Assembly (NCBI GenBank): GCA_016699305.1
Contig: CP064970.1
Coordinates: 1,034,066-1,098,065, forward strand
DNA length: 64,000 nt
Direction of reading: 5' to 3'
Source: Alphaproteobacteria bacterium
Lineage (GTDB): Bacteria > Pseudomonadota > Alphaproteobacteria > GCA-016699305
Below, piece after piece: positions 1 through 8,145 of the stretch. Numbering within the stretch: position 1 is the first letter of the stretch; each line of letters begins with the position of its first letter. The notes beneath the pieces are model-generated. The model had not been told where the DNA came from, did no database searches, and saw only the letters and a program-made list of their open reading frames with translations. A program made the translations under genes and the position numbers.

Positions 1-1628
1 CGAGCCTTGGCCTTTTCCTTGCGAGGCGTGGGGATGTCCACTTGCTCTTCCTCGGCCAAGGGGAGGTTTTGGACGTTGAGGCTGTAGTCGTCGTGGCCCC
101 ATTCGCATTTGGTAAGAACGGCACGGGGGATTTTACGGAGGGTTAGGTTTTCAAACGCATCCGCTTTGCCTCGGAAGGCGGAACAGCAAATAAGAAGACT
201 GCGCTTGTCGCCCACTTCTTCGGACAAGGCGGCGAGCTGCGCCTGATCCAGCGTTTGCGTTGTCACATAGATGAAGTCGGTCTCGGTTGAATGGCCTTGC
301 TGCCAATAGATTGTCTCGGACGGCGCATAGGTAAAGCCCATCAGCTTGCACATCGCCTGTGTCAGCATGGCGGGATCATAGTCTTTGTTGATGACCGCTT
401 GGCCGTATTTGTCCATCGAGATAAGCGATGGAGCCAACGCGTAATAGCGGAATCCACCGCCGCCCTTCCAACCCACAGCTTCGGTTATGCCGCCCTTGTC
501 TTCGCCATCGATCACCTTTTTGAGGCGCGGAATGATATGCGTATGGCAATGCTCGCCGAGTTCGATCATGATCCACCGCCGCCCCATTTTGTGAGCAACC
601 GCGCCCGTCGTGCCAGAACCAGCGAAGGAATCGAGGACGAGATCACCCGGATTGGTGGCCAAGAGAAGAATCTTTTGCAGAAGCCTCTCTGGTTTTGGTG
701 TCCCAAATAGGTCGGTAACTTTTACGTCAGGAAATAGGTTCTTTAGCTCGTATTTTGCCTGTCTGTTGTGACCTGTTTCTTCAAGGTCAGTCCATAAGGT
801 TGAAGGAGGGAGCCCCTCCATATCTGCGAGATAAGTGCGACGAATAAGGCGTGTATAGTCAGGCGAATAGCGAATCTCACCGGTTTTCATTTTCTCTTCA
901 ATCGTTTCACGCGACCAACGCCATCCATTGGGCGGATGCTTGATCTTATTTCCTTTCGGGGTAACAATATCGAACTGCAAATTGGTTCTTAGTCCGGGAT
1001 TGTTTACTGGGTTTCCATCAAACCATGCTCCCCTTGGATCATTGTCTGGATTCTTAAAATGTTTTCTCTTATTCATATCGTTTAGAAATTTGGGCGACCA
1101 ATCCGGCTCTTTTGCATAGATGAGAACATCATTGTGATCGAGAGAGAATTTCGTGACATTATTGTTGCTGTTGTCAGAGGTGCGCCAAACAACGTCTGAA
1201 ATAAAACAAGAACGCCCAAACACCTCGTCGCAAAGCACCTTGAGATAGTGGCATTCGTTGTCGTCGATGGTGATCCAGATTGAGCCGTCTTCGGAGAGAA
1301 GGTTGCGCAGGATTTCAAGACGATCGCGCATGAGGCCGAGCCAGATGGAATGTTCCAACCCGTCATCGTAATGAGTGAAAGCCGAGCCGGTGTTATAGGG
1401 CGGATCGATAAAGACGCATTTGACCTTCCCCGCATATTCCTGCTCCAACGCCTTAAGCGCGAGCAGATTGTCGCCAAAGATCAGCTTATTGTCGAACAAA
1501 TCATGATCCGTAACGCGCTTCTCCGCGTGATACGACTTTGTATCATCCTCCAACAAAATCCGAGGCTCCAACCGAGGCCTCTGATCCTTCCCAATCCACG
1601 TCAGTTCCAGCTTTTGCTTTTTTGTCAT
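1..1628 (-). CDS. Beta-class N6-adenine/N4-cytosine DNA methyltransferase (type III Mod-like, N6_N4_Mtase type), 3' end beyond window
   Basis: A manual reverse-complement translation from the ATG at 1628 is open all the way to position 1. Motif IV (VKCVFIDPPYNTG) lies near the N-terminus. The AdoMet-binding motif I (LVLDSFAGSGTTGAVA) lies about 250 aa downstream, which is the beta-class motif order. The track ORF at 1082..1477 is in a different frame and is spurious. The true ORF is absent from the track only because its stop lies outside the window. Confidence 0.85.
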   Translation of the reverse strand, partial: MTKKQKLELTWIGKDQRPRLEPRILLEDDTKSYHAEKRVTDHDLFDNKLIFGDNLLALKALEQEYAGKVKCVFIDPPYNTGSAFTHYDDGLEHSIWLGLMRDRLEILRNLLSEDGSIWITIDDNECHYLKVLCDEVFGRSCFISDVVWRTSDNSNNNVTKFSLDHNDVLIYAKEPDWSPKFLNDMNKRKHFKNPDNDPRGAWFDGNPVNNPGLRTNLQFDIVTPKGNKIKHPPNGWRWSRETIEEKMKTGEIRYSPDYTRLIRRTYLADMEGLPPSTLWTDLEETGHNRQAKYELKNLFPDVKVTDLFGTPKPERLLQKILLLATNPGDLVLDSFAGSGTTGAVAHKMGRRWIMIELGEHCHTHIIPRLKKVIDGEDKGGITEAVGWKGGGGFRYYALAPSLISMDKYGQAVINKDYDPAMLTQAMCKLMGFTYAPSETIYWQQGHSTETDFIYVTTQTLDQAQLAALSEEVGDKRSLLICCSAFRGKADAFENLTLRKIPRAVLTKCEWGHDDYSLNVQNLPLAEEEQVDIPTPRKEKAKA

Positions 1629-1653
1629 TGTTCACTTTTTCCAGATTATAGGG

Positions 1654-2652
1654 TTAGGTTGACAGCCAAATAACAATCAATCCTGCAATAACAGCCACAA
1701 CAATTTCTCCGATCCATGAGCATAGTAACGACCATGTGCGGATAATCCAAATGGGTTTAGCAATTTTCGTTGCTACGGAGGTATTAGCGGTAGGTTGGCA
1801 AGGAGGTTCTACCGAGACGCATTGATCGATTGCGGGAAGATCAAGGGATAGGGTTCTCAACCAAGCTACAAACTCTTTTGGTTTTACGCGGCTGGCGTAA
1901 AAGGACTTGATGCGTTCTTCCTCAGCAGCTTTCTGATCGCAATCGAACAGGTGATCGTTAAAGTCGTGCAGTTTCAAGTCTTGTGTACGCTGTGCATCTA
2001 GGATATAGCCCATCAGTCGCTTAACGCGGGGCTTATATCGCAAGAAAGCAATCTTCTTTTCTTCTTTCGTATTGCTTTGATGCCCGAGGACATAAAGCAA
2101 AGCATCCGTCATTTTCCAAAGGGGCTCGGTTATCCGCTGTACAAATGTTTTTTGATCTATCGCAGGAAAATTCAGATTCTCTTCTTTTCGAGAGTGTTGA
2201 GACAGACCGTAGTATTGGATTTGATTTTCTAGTTCGTCATATATCTGCTTAGGAATTTGTATGCCGGTTCGTTCAGCCCAGATAAGAAAGCTTACCGTAT
2301 AAAATTCTGGGGTCTTCTCCTTGTCTTGCTCAAAGGATTCAAAGTCGTAGTCCTTCACATATGCCTCGATTTCGCCTTTCTCTGCGGCCTTTAACGCACC
2401 GGCGAAACAATCCGCAGACTGCTTGTCTTGTCGAATAATCTCTTCTAACTTCTGGAGACCCACTGCCGTCTCACAGTACCTATAAAACAAATCGTTAAGT
2501 TGTTTTGACCTGTGCGCATCGTCGTCAAATTCAAGATGGAGGTACAAAACCAGCGCGGGCAAAGGCAGATGGTCGGGAACGGGAATTTTTCCCGCGCCCT
2601 CTGAAAGAAACCTTTCGATCATTAATTCTCTCATCCCTTCACTTCCCATGTG
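1654..2652 (-). CDS. Hypothetical protein with a C-terminal transmembrane helix (tail-anchored), AT-rich
   Basis: The track ORF is 1654..2712. The likely start is the ATG at 2652 (MSGHMGSEG...). The C-terminus, WIGEIVVAVIAGLIVIWLST, is hydrophobic. The gene is distinctly lower in GC than its neighbours. I recognise no conserved catalytic motif. Confidence 0.55.
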   Translation of the reverse strand, partial: HMGSEGMRELMIERFLSEGAGKIPVPDHLPLPALVLYLHLEFDDDAHRSKQLNDLFYRYCETAVGLQKLEEIIRQDKQSADCFAGALKAAEKGEIEAYVKDYDFESFEQDKEKTPEFYTVSFLIWAERTGIQIPKQIYDELENQIQYYGLSQHSRKEENLNFPAIDQKTFVQRITEPLWKMTDALLYVLGHQSNTKEEKKIAFLRYKPRVKRLMGYILDAQRTQDLKLHDFNDHLFDCDQKAAEEERIKSFYASRVKPKEFVAWLRTLSLDLPAIDQCVSVEPPCQPTANTSVATKIAKPIWIIRTWSLLCSWIGEIVVAVIAGLIVIWLST

Positions 2653-2749
2653 TCCGCTCATTATTCTCCAGCAAAATCCGAAGTTCCAACCGAAGTTCCC
2701 GATCCTTCCCAATCCACGTCAATTCCAGTTTTTGCTTTTTATTAGTCAT
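2639..2749 (-). pseudogene. Diverged duplicate of the methyltransferase 5' end (encodes MTNKKQKLELTWIGKDRELRLELRILLENNERTHGK)
   Basis: The DNA is about 80% identical over roughly 90 bp to the start of the methylase gene at 1540-1628. The peptide is near-identical to the methylase N-terminus, MTKKQKLELTWIGKDQRPRLEPRILLEDD. It overlaps the start of the 352-aa gene in another frame. Confidence 0.6.
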
Positions 2750-3482
2750 TTTTTTGATGATCCAAGTTTTCTGATGGGTAGAGAAGAATGCGAAAATCCC
2801 TGTCGATATTTTTGAAAGCATCTCTCATAGCGGCATATCTTATTTCGTATTCCTGATTATAGGATTTGGCTGGTAGATCTGTTTTTCCCCCTTCACCCAA
2901 CCAAGCATAAACTAAACTCATTGTCTCGATTAAACCCTCTATCGACGACCTTAGCTTATCTCCAATAAATATTTTGTTTGATGTGTAATTTTCATAAAAA
3001 GAGAGCAAGGGTGTTTTGGCATCTTGATGCGCCTTTTCAAGCTTCAGTTTTTGATAGGCATGAAATCTATAACTATATTCCACATTTCTGACTCTGGCCT
3101 TCTCCTCTTCTGAGAATGCTGCCTGTGCCAAAAACTCATTCAATCGTTCTAATGAAACATCCGTGCAATTCTCAATAGGTTTCAGTTGGAGGGTGCGATA
3201 ATAGATTTCTTCGAGCTTGCGCTGCGCCATTGAGAGATCGTTCCAAAGCTTCGGAAGCATGCCGAATTCAATGTCATGAAGTTTTGATAACCGATTAAAG
3301 GTAGAATCTATACGAAGATTGAATTTGCTTTGTTGTTCCTGAAATTTTGCATCAAGCCCCATTTTCCCTAGAACCAAACAAACAAAAATGACAAACACAA
3401 GAATTAGAACAACATAAATGCCATATCTCTGAATTTCTTGATTTATAAAGATTTGAATTATTGGATTAAGCGTCTCCGTCAT
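2742..3482 (-). CDS. Hypothetical protein with an N-terminal transmembrane helix, AT-rich
   Basis: The protein starts MTETLNPIIQIF. A GGAGG ribosome-binding site lies 5 nt upstream. The ATG overlaps the helicase TGA as ATGA. The transmembrane segment is YGIYVVLILVFVIFVCLVLG, followed by a helical soluble part. Confidence 0.6.
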   Translation of the reverse strand: MTETLNPIIQIFINQEIQRYGIYVVLILVFVIFVCLVLGKMGLDAKFQEQQSKFNLRIDSTFNRLSKLHDIEFGMLPKLWNDLSMAQRKLEEIYYRTLQLKPIENCTDVSLERLNEFLAQAAFSEEEKARVRNVEYSYRFHAYQKLKLEKAHQDAKTPLLSFYENYTSNKIFIGDKLRSSIEGLIETMSLVYAWLGEGGKTDLPAKSYNQEYEIRYAAMRDAFKNIDRDFRILLYPSENLDHQKND

Positions 3483-6451
3483 AATAGCCTCCATTCCACA
3501 CAAAACAGCGGCGTCACTTCGTGCCTGCTGTCCTGCAGTTGCCGTTCTAATTGATTAATAAGCTCTTCGCGCCTTGCGTCAATTTTATCTTGGCTCGTGA
3601 AAAGTTCATGTCGTTTTTGGGAGCGGCGTTTTTCGAAGGCGGCTTTTTGTTTTTGGAACGCCAATTTTTCCGCCAAACTAATCAATTGCTTAGATTGACG
3701 GTCGGCCTCGCGGATGTCTCGGTCGAGCTGCTTCAGTTCAATCTCAAGACCGGTCTTCAAGTCCTCGGCCCAACGGTCGAGCTTGTCGAGTTCCTCTTCA
3801 AAATAGCGGTGATTGCTCACTTCCGATTCGTTTAGGAGGGCTGCGACACGCACTGAACGATCAGCTTCCGCCGCATTCTGGTGTGGACAGGTGGAAAATT
3901 CTCCCTCGACCGAGGCCGAAAGCAGGAAGAGCTTCTCGCCAAATTCCTGCGGCAGGATTGCGCCGGTTTCGTCGCAAGTGATGAAGATCAGGGTTTCGGT
4001 TTCTTCGAAGGTTTTGATCGTCAGCTTGTCGAGCCAGAGCCATCCCTGTTTGCCGCGCTGCTCTTCCAGCAACGCAATCTTGTGCGGATAGGAGGAAAGG
4101 TCAAAAAGCAATGTTGCCGAAGGCGTCTCAAGCTCACGCCCCTTTTGAATAACGCGCTCCCCCATAAGATCGGACATGCGATAGGGATACCCCGTCACCG
4201 GAACCTTGGAGGAACCGCGCTTCGGCGTTGCAAGAGGATCGACCGGCTCGGCGGCCTTGGTTTCCAGATAATGATAAATGGGCGTGCGGTCACCATCGCT
4301 TGGCCTTTTCCCACGCGCGATGAAGGCGGCATCGTCGCCGAAGATCAGCTTTTCATCGTTGAAGAAGAACATCCCGTCATAGATGAATTTCGTCAGCTCC
4401 CAGAAATGATGCGTGACGGTGTCGATGCGCTTTTTTGTCGCCTCCATGCTGAACTTCAGATGTTTGGTCACGTCCTCGTCGAAATGCTCGAACAGCATGG
4501 TGCGCGTTTCGGCGATACGGCTTTGGATTGGCTCTTCCATTTCGGATTGAAGTTGCGTGAAGGCTCGTTCAATCTCTTCCGGCCTGCGGCAGGTTTCAAA
4601 AATCTCCAGCACGCGCTTTTCAAAGTCTATGCCGGACTCAACGCGGCCAAGAACCTCATCCGAAGCACCGAAAACGCCGTCGAAAAGCTGAAACTTCTCT
4701 TTTAGCAATTCATAGATGCGCTGATCGGCCAGATTGTCTTTGTTCAGAAAGTTGATGACGACCACATCGTGCTTCTGGCCGTAACGATGGCAACGGCCAA
4801 TGCGTTGCTCGATGCGCTGCGGATTCCAAGGCAGGTCGTAATTGACGATGAGTGAGCAGAACTGGAGATTGATGCCCTCGGCGGCGGCTTCGGTGGCAAT
4901 CATCACCTCGGCATGGTCACGGAAGAAATCGACCAAAGCCATGCGCATATCGACGTTTTTCGATCCCGTAATGCGGCCTGTCTCGGCGTTTTTGTCGAGC
5001 CAAAACGCATAAATGTCTTTGGCAAGATCGTCCGTGTTCTGGCCGTTGAAGGTCACGATTTTGCCGCGATACCCGTTGTCTTCCAGATACTCTTTCAAAT
5101 AACGCTGCGTGCGGCTGGATTCCGTGAAGACAAGAGCTTTGCGCGCACCACCAAGTTCCCCCATGCGAGCGAAGCCGGTTTGCAGCGATGTTAAGAGAGC
5201 CTTGGCTTTGGTTTCTATCTTGATCGAACGTGCTAGGGCTTCGAAACTGTTGATCTGCTCAATCTCGTAATTCAGTTTTTCGATGTCGATGTCTTTATGC
5301 TTGGGTGGGGCGGCTCGTTCTTCTTCCTCGCCATCCTCGGCATATTCGATGTCAATGTCCTGATCGGCTATAAACGCGCCACGCAGGTTCAGTTTTTCTT
5401 CCTTGCGGGTCTCGCGCATTTTCTCAAGGCGTGCTTTGATCGTTTTCAGCGTACCGACAAGCGCGAAGGACGATGAAGCGAGAAGTTTGCGGATGATGAG
5501 GACGACCAGTTTTCTTTGAGCCCACGGAATGGCGTAGGTATCTTGCTGGAGGAGAAAATCGGAAACTTCGTCGTAGAGCCTTTGTTCCTCGACAGATAGT
5601 CTGAACGGCTGTGTTATCGCTTCGCGGCGTGTGTAACGGATATATTCCAAAACCTGCCGCCGTAATGTGCGTTGAACAAACGGTGCGAGACGGGATTTCA
5701 GGTCGTCAATGTTGGGATTGCCGTTGACATACGCCGTTTTGAACGTGTCGATCCCGCCAAAAATCCGGTCGTCGATCAGCGAGGCAAGGCCGTAAAGCTC
5801 CATGAGCGAGTTTTGAAGGGGCGTTGCTGTTAAAAGCACCTTTTTATGATCCGCCAAGGCCGCCTGAATATTGCGGCCCATTTTATTGTCTTTCTTGAAC
5901 AGGTTTCGAAGCTTGTGGGCTTCGTCGATCACCACCAGATGCCACGGCATAGCCTTCATCTGCTCGGCATAGCGATTGGCGAATTGATAGGAAACGATGA
6001 CAACACCCGCAAAATCGAAGGGATCGCCATTTTGGCAACGCTCCGCATAATTGCTGCTTTCCAGTACAAGCGTGGGGAGGTTGAACTTTTCTTCCAGCTC
6101 AATCGACCATTGGCGGCGCAGGACGGCGGGACAAATGACGATGAGTCGCCGCTTATGTTCGGCCCATAGCTGGCAAAGCAAGATGCCGGCCTCAATGGTT
6201 TTGCCGAGGCCGACTTCGTCCGCCAGCATGACCCCCTTGGATAGGGGGGATCGAAGCGCAAAAAGCGCGGCCTCAATCTGGTGCGGATTAAGGTCTACGG
6301 CGGCGTCAAAAAGCGAAGTTGTAAGGCGATCAACAACCGCCGAGGCTTTCTTGGTCGAAATCTCGTGCGCAAAATACTTGGCGTGATAAGGGGTTAGGAC
6401 TGCTTTCGAGCACCTATTTTCTGCCCCAGATTGTTCTTCGTGTGCTCTCAT
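3479..6451 (-). CDS. SNF2-family (SF2) helicase/ATPase, 990 aa
   Basis: Motif I is LADEVGLGKT. Motif II is VVIDEAHKLRN. The SNF2 signature is LLTATPLQNSLMELYGL. Motif VI is QRIGRCHRYGQ. The C-terminal region has a long coiled-coil-like extension. Confidence 0.9.
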   Translation of the reverse strand: MRAHEEQSGAENRCSKAVLTPYHAKYFAHEISTKKASAVVDRLTTSLFDAAVDLNPHQIEAALFALRSPLSKGVMLADEVGLGKTIEAGILLCQLWAEHKRRLIVICPAVLRRQWSIELEEKFNLPTLVLESSNYAERCQNGDPFDFAGVVIVSYQFANRYAEQMKAMPWHLVVIDEAHKLRNLFKKDNKMGRNIQAALADHKKVLLTATPLQNSLMELYGLASLIDDRIFGGIDTFKTAYVNGNPNIDDLKSRLAPFVQRTLRRQVLEYIRYTRREAITQPFRLSVEEQRLYDEVSDFLLQQDTYAIPWAQRKLVVLIIRKLLASSSFALVGTLKTIKARLEKMRETRKEEKLNLRGAFIADQDIDIEYAEDGEEEERAAPPKHKDIDIEKLNYEIEQINSFEALARSIKIETKAKALLTSLQTGFARMGELGGARKALVFTESSRTQRYLKEYLEDNGYRGKIVTFNGQNTDDLAKDIYAFWLDKNAETGRITGSKNVDMRMALVDFFRDHAEVMIATEAAAEGINLQFCSLIVNYDLPWNPQRIEQRIGRCHRYGQKHDVVVINFLNKDNLADQRIYELLKEKFQLFDGVFGASDEVLGRVESGIDFEKRVLEIFETCRRPEEIERAFTQLQSEMEEPIQSRIAETRTMLFEHFDEDVTKHLKFSMEATKKRIDTVTHHFWELTKFIYDGMFFFNDEKLIFGDDAAFIARGKRPSDGDRTPIYHYLETKAAEPVDPLATPKRGSSKVPVTGYPYRMSDLMGERVIQKGRELETPSATLLFDLSSYPHKIALLEEQRGKQGWLWLDKLTIKTFEETETLIFITCDETGAILPQEFGEKLFLLSASVEGEFSTCPHQNAAEADRSVRVAALLNESEVSNHRYFEEELDKLDRWAEDLKTGLEIELKQLDRDIREADRQSKQLISLAEKLAFQKQKAAFEKRRSQKRHELFTSQDKIDARREELINQLERQLQDSRHEVTPLFCVEWRLL

Positions 6452-6570
6452 TCATCCAGTCTCTGATTCGTAAAGCCATCTACCCCTCCAGTTGAGAAAC
6501 CTTAAGCCATAACGACAATAAAGGATAGCCGAATGTTTCTAAAAGCCTTGTCTTTTAGTGAGTTAGATCT

Positions 6571-7002
6571 TCAATCCACCTGTTGTGCCGTCAGGAACAT
6601 TGCCTTTTCAAGGGCGGCGAAAAACTGCTGATAGGGCTGCGGATCCTCGATGGCAGTGATGTTGTACTGGGCGTTGGCGCGGACGATAGTCTGGGGCGTG
6701 CCGCGATCACGGACGCTGACGGTCATGCGCATGGCGTAACCGTTTAATTTTGTTCCACTTACTGTGCCGAGAGTGGCGTCGGCCTTGTCGATCACAAAGC
6801 CCAGATCTTGAAGCGTGGCGATGATGGTGCGCAGGGTCTTGGCCTTGTCGGTCGTGTCGAAGGCCCGGCTTTGCATGCTGCGCAGCGCCACTTGGCTTTC
6901 GGAGGTCTGAAGAACCTGATTACGGCTGTCTGTCTGGCATGCGGTCAGAAGCAAAAGGACCATAAAGGGAACTGCTACGGTCTTGATCGGATGGCGGGAC
7001 AT
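6571..7002 (-). CDS. Lipoprotein (signal peptide, lipobox LLTAC)
   Basis: The N-terminus is MSRHPIKTVAVPFMVLLLLTAC. It is a paralogue of the next gene: both share an LQDLGF motif and a C-terminal YQ(Q/E)FF..L....FLTA motif. Confidence 0.6.
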   Translation of the reverse strand: MSRHPIKTVAVPFMVLLLLTACQTDSRNQVLQTSESQVALRSMQSRAFDTTDKAKTLRTIIATLQDLGFVIDKADATLGTVSGTKLNGYAMRMTVSVRDRGTPQTIVRANAQYNITAIEDPQPYQQFFAALEKAMFLTAQQVD

Positions 7003-7026
7003 TGGCTTTCCTTTTGTTTCAATGCG

Positions 7027-7608
7027 TTAGATTTCGTTGGCCGTCAGGAAGACCGACTGCGAGAGCTTGTCGAAGAACTCCTGGTACAGCTTGGGATCGT
7101 TAAGCGGCTCAGTCGTTGAGACTTGCCCCTGATTGTTCCAAACCACGCGCTGGAAGGTCACACGCGCGGCGGTTTCCTTGTCGGCCACGGGGCGGGTGAT
7201 CAGGCTGACGCGTATTTTCTGCTTCTCGTCATAGATCACGGGCGTGCCGATCATGACCCTCAAGAATATGACGGCGGCGACCTGTCCGGCCTCGGTGGCA
7301 TCCCGATCTTTCGAGCCGACGACCACACCAAGGCCCGTTTCGCTTTCCTCAAGATTGAAGCCCAAATCCTGTAAAACCTGCGCGCCGGCCGACAGGAGCT
7401 TCTTTTCATCCTTGGTCTCGAACCGGCGGGTTTGGGATTGGCGCTGCTGGAGGCTTTCCTGCGTCAACTCCAGTGCCTCCTTGGGCACCGTTTGGGCACA
7501 GGCGGACAGGGACAGCAAAACAACAAGACAGAGGGCAAGTTTGCGCATCATGGCCCCCTTAAAAGCTGGAGGAGCGATAGGCGTAATCACGCACTTTGCC
7601 CGCTTCAT
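7027..7608 (-). CDS. Lipoprotein, paralogue of the 6571..7002 gene (lipobox LSAC)
   Basis: The signal peptide is MMRKLALCLVVLLSLSAC. The true start is probably the internal Met near 7551. Confidence 0.6.
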   Translation of the reverse strand: MKRAKCVITPIAPPAFKGAMMRKLALCLVVLLSLSACAQTVPKEALELTQESLQQRQSQTRRFETKDEKKLLSAGAQVLQDLGFNLEESETGLGVVVGSKDRDATEAGQVAAVIFLRVMIGTPVIYDEKQKIRVSLITRPVADKETAARVTFQRVVWNNQGQVSTTEPLNDPKLYQEFFDKLSQSVFLTANEI

Positions 7609-8008
7609 CGAATTTCACGATAATGGTGAGTGTCCGTTGGGTCGTGCTGGAAGCGCCCGAACCGCTGCTCATACCGCCGCCAAGGCCGCCCAGCAGCCCC
7701 GCGCCGCCCGTTGCGCCAGCTCCGCCAAACACCAGCCCGAGGCCGCCGGAGGACGTGGAATAGACCTTTTCGGTCGAAATCTTGTCATAGACCCAGCTTT
7801 CCCGGCGGTTTTCATCGGTCGTCACCATGTTCGGGGATCCCAGTACCTCGACGACTTCTGCCGACGTCATGCCCTTGTGAAGCTCCCGCTGGGCGGCAGC
7901 GACCGTCAGGCGGCCCTTGTCTTGGTTGGAAACGTCAGCGCGGTGATCTTGGGCGGAAGCGCAGGCTGCCAATGGCAGGAGTAAGGCGCATAGCAAAACT
8001 TTGTTCAT
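7559..8008 (-). CDS. Small lipoprotein with a BamE/SmpA-OmlA-like fold and a glycine-zipper segment
   Basis: The lipobox is LPLAAC. The segment LTVAAAQRELHKGMTSAEVVEVLGSPNMV resembles the SmpA/OmlA fold. A Gly-rich stretch (GGLGLVFGGAGATGGAGLLGGLGGG) follows. Confidence 0.5.
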   Translation of the reverse strand: MNKVLLCALLLPLAACASAQDHRADVSNQDKGRLTVAAAQRELHKGMTSAEVVEVLGSPNMVTTDENRRESWVYDKISTEKVYSTSSGGLGLVFGGAGATGGAGLLGGLGGGMSSGSGASSTTQRTLTIIVKFDEAGKVRDYAYRSSSF

Positions 8009-8145
8009 GGTGTTCTCCAGCGGGTCAAAGAAATCTTTCGAATTGTCTTATCACGCTGATGTGCCAATTCCGGTCACATTGCCCCTTGGCGGGCCGAGGT
8101 TTTTTGTGGCAGAGTAACAGCGAGAGCAAAACGGAAGCCATTCCC

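Noticed and set aside
1082-1477. Track ORF of 131 aa (minus strand) inside the methylase region
   Set aside because: It is in a different frame from the DPPY/FxGxG-containing methyltransferase reading frame, which is open from 1628 to 1. The composition is typical of an out-of-frame artefact.
3551-6386. Several plus-strand ORFs (e.g. 3881..4705, 274 aa; 5846..6169; 6051..6386) overlapping the helicase
   Set aside because: They are antisense to a gene with unambiguous SF2/SNF2 motifs. They are GC-skewed open frames with no start context.
3479-6451. Interpreting helicase + methylase as a classical type III mod-res pair
   Set aside because: The helicase carries the SNF2 signature (LLTATPLQN, QRIGRCHRYGQ) rather than Res-type motifs. 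The gene order (helicase upstream of mod, with two unrelated genes between) is also not mod-res.
7244-7984. 246-aa plus-strand ORF across the lipoprotein genes, and the N-terminal 170 aa of the 7630..9135 track ORF
   Set aside because: They are antisense to lipoprotein genes that have clean lipoboxes. The WYL regulator has a proper ATG and ribosome-binding site at 8146.
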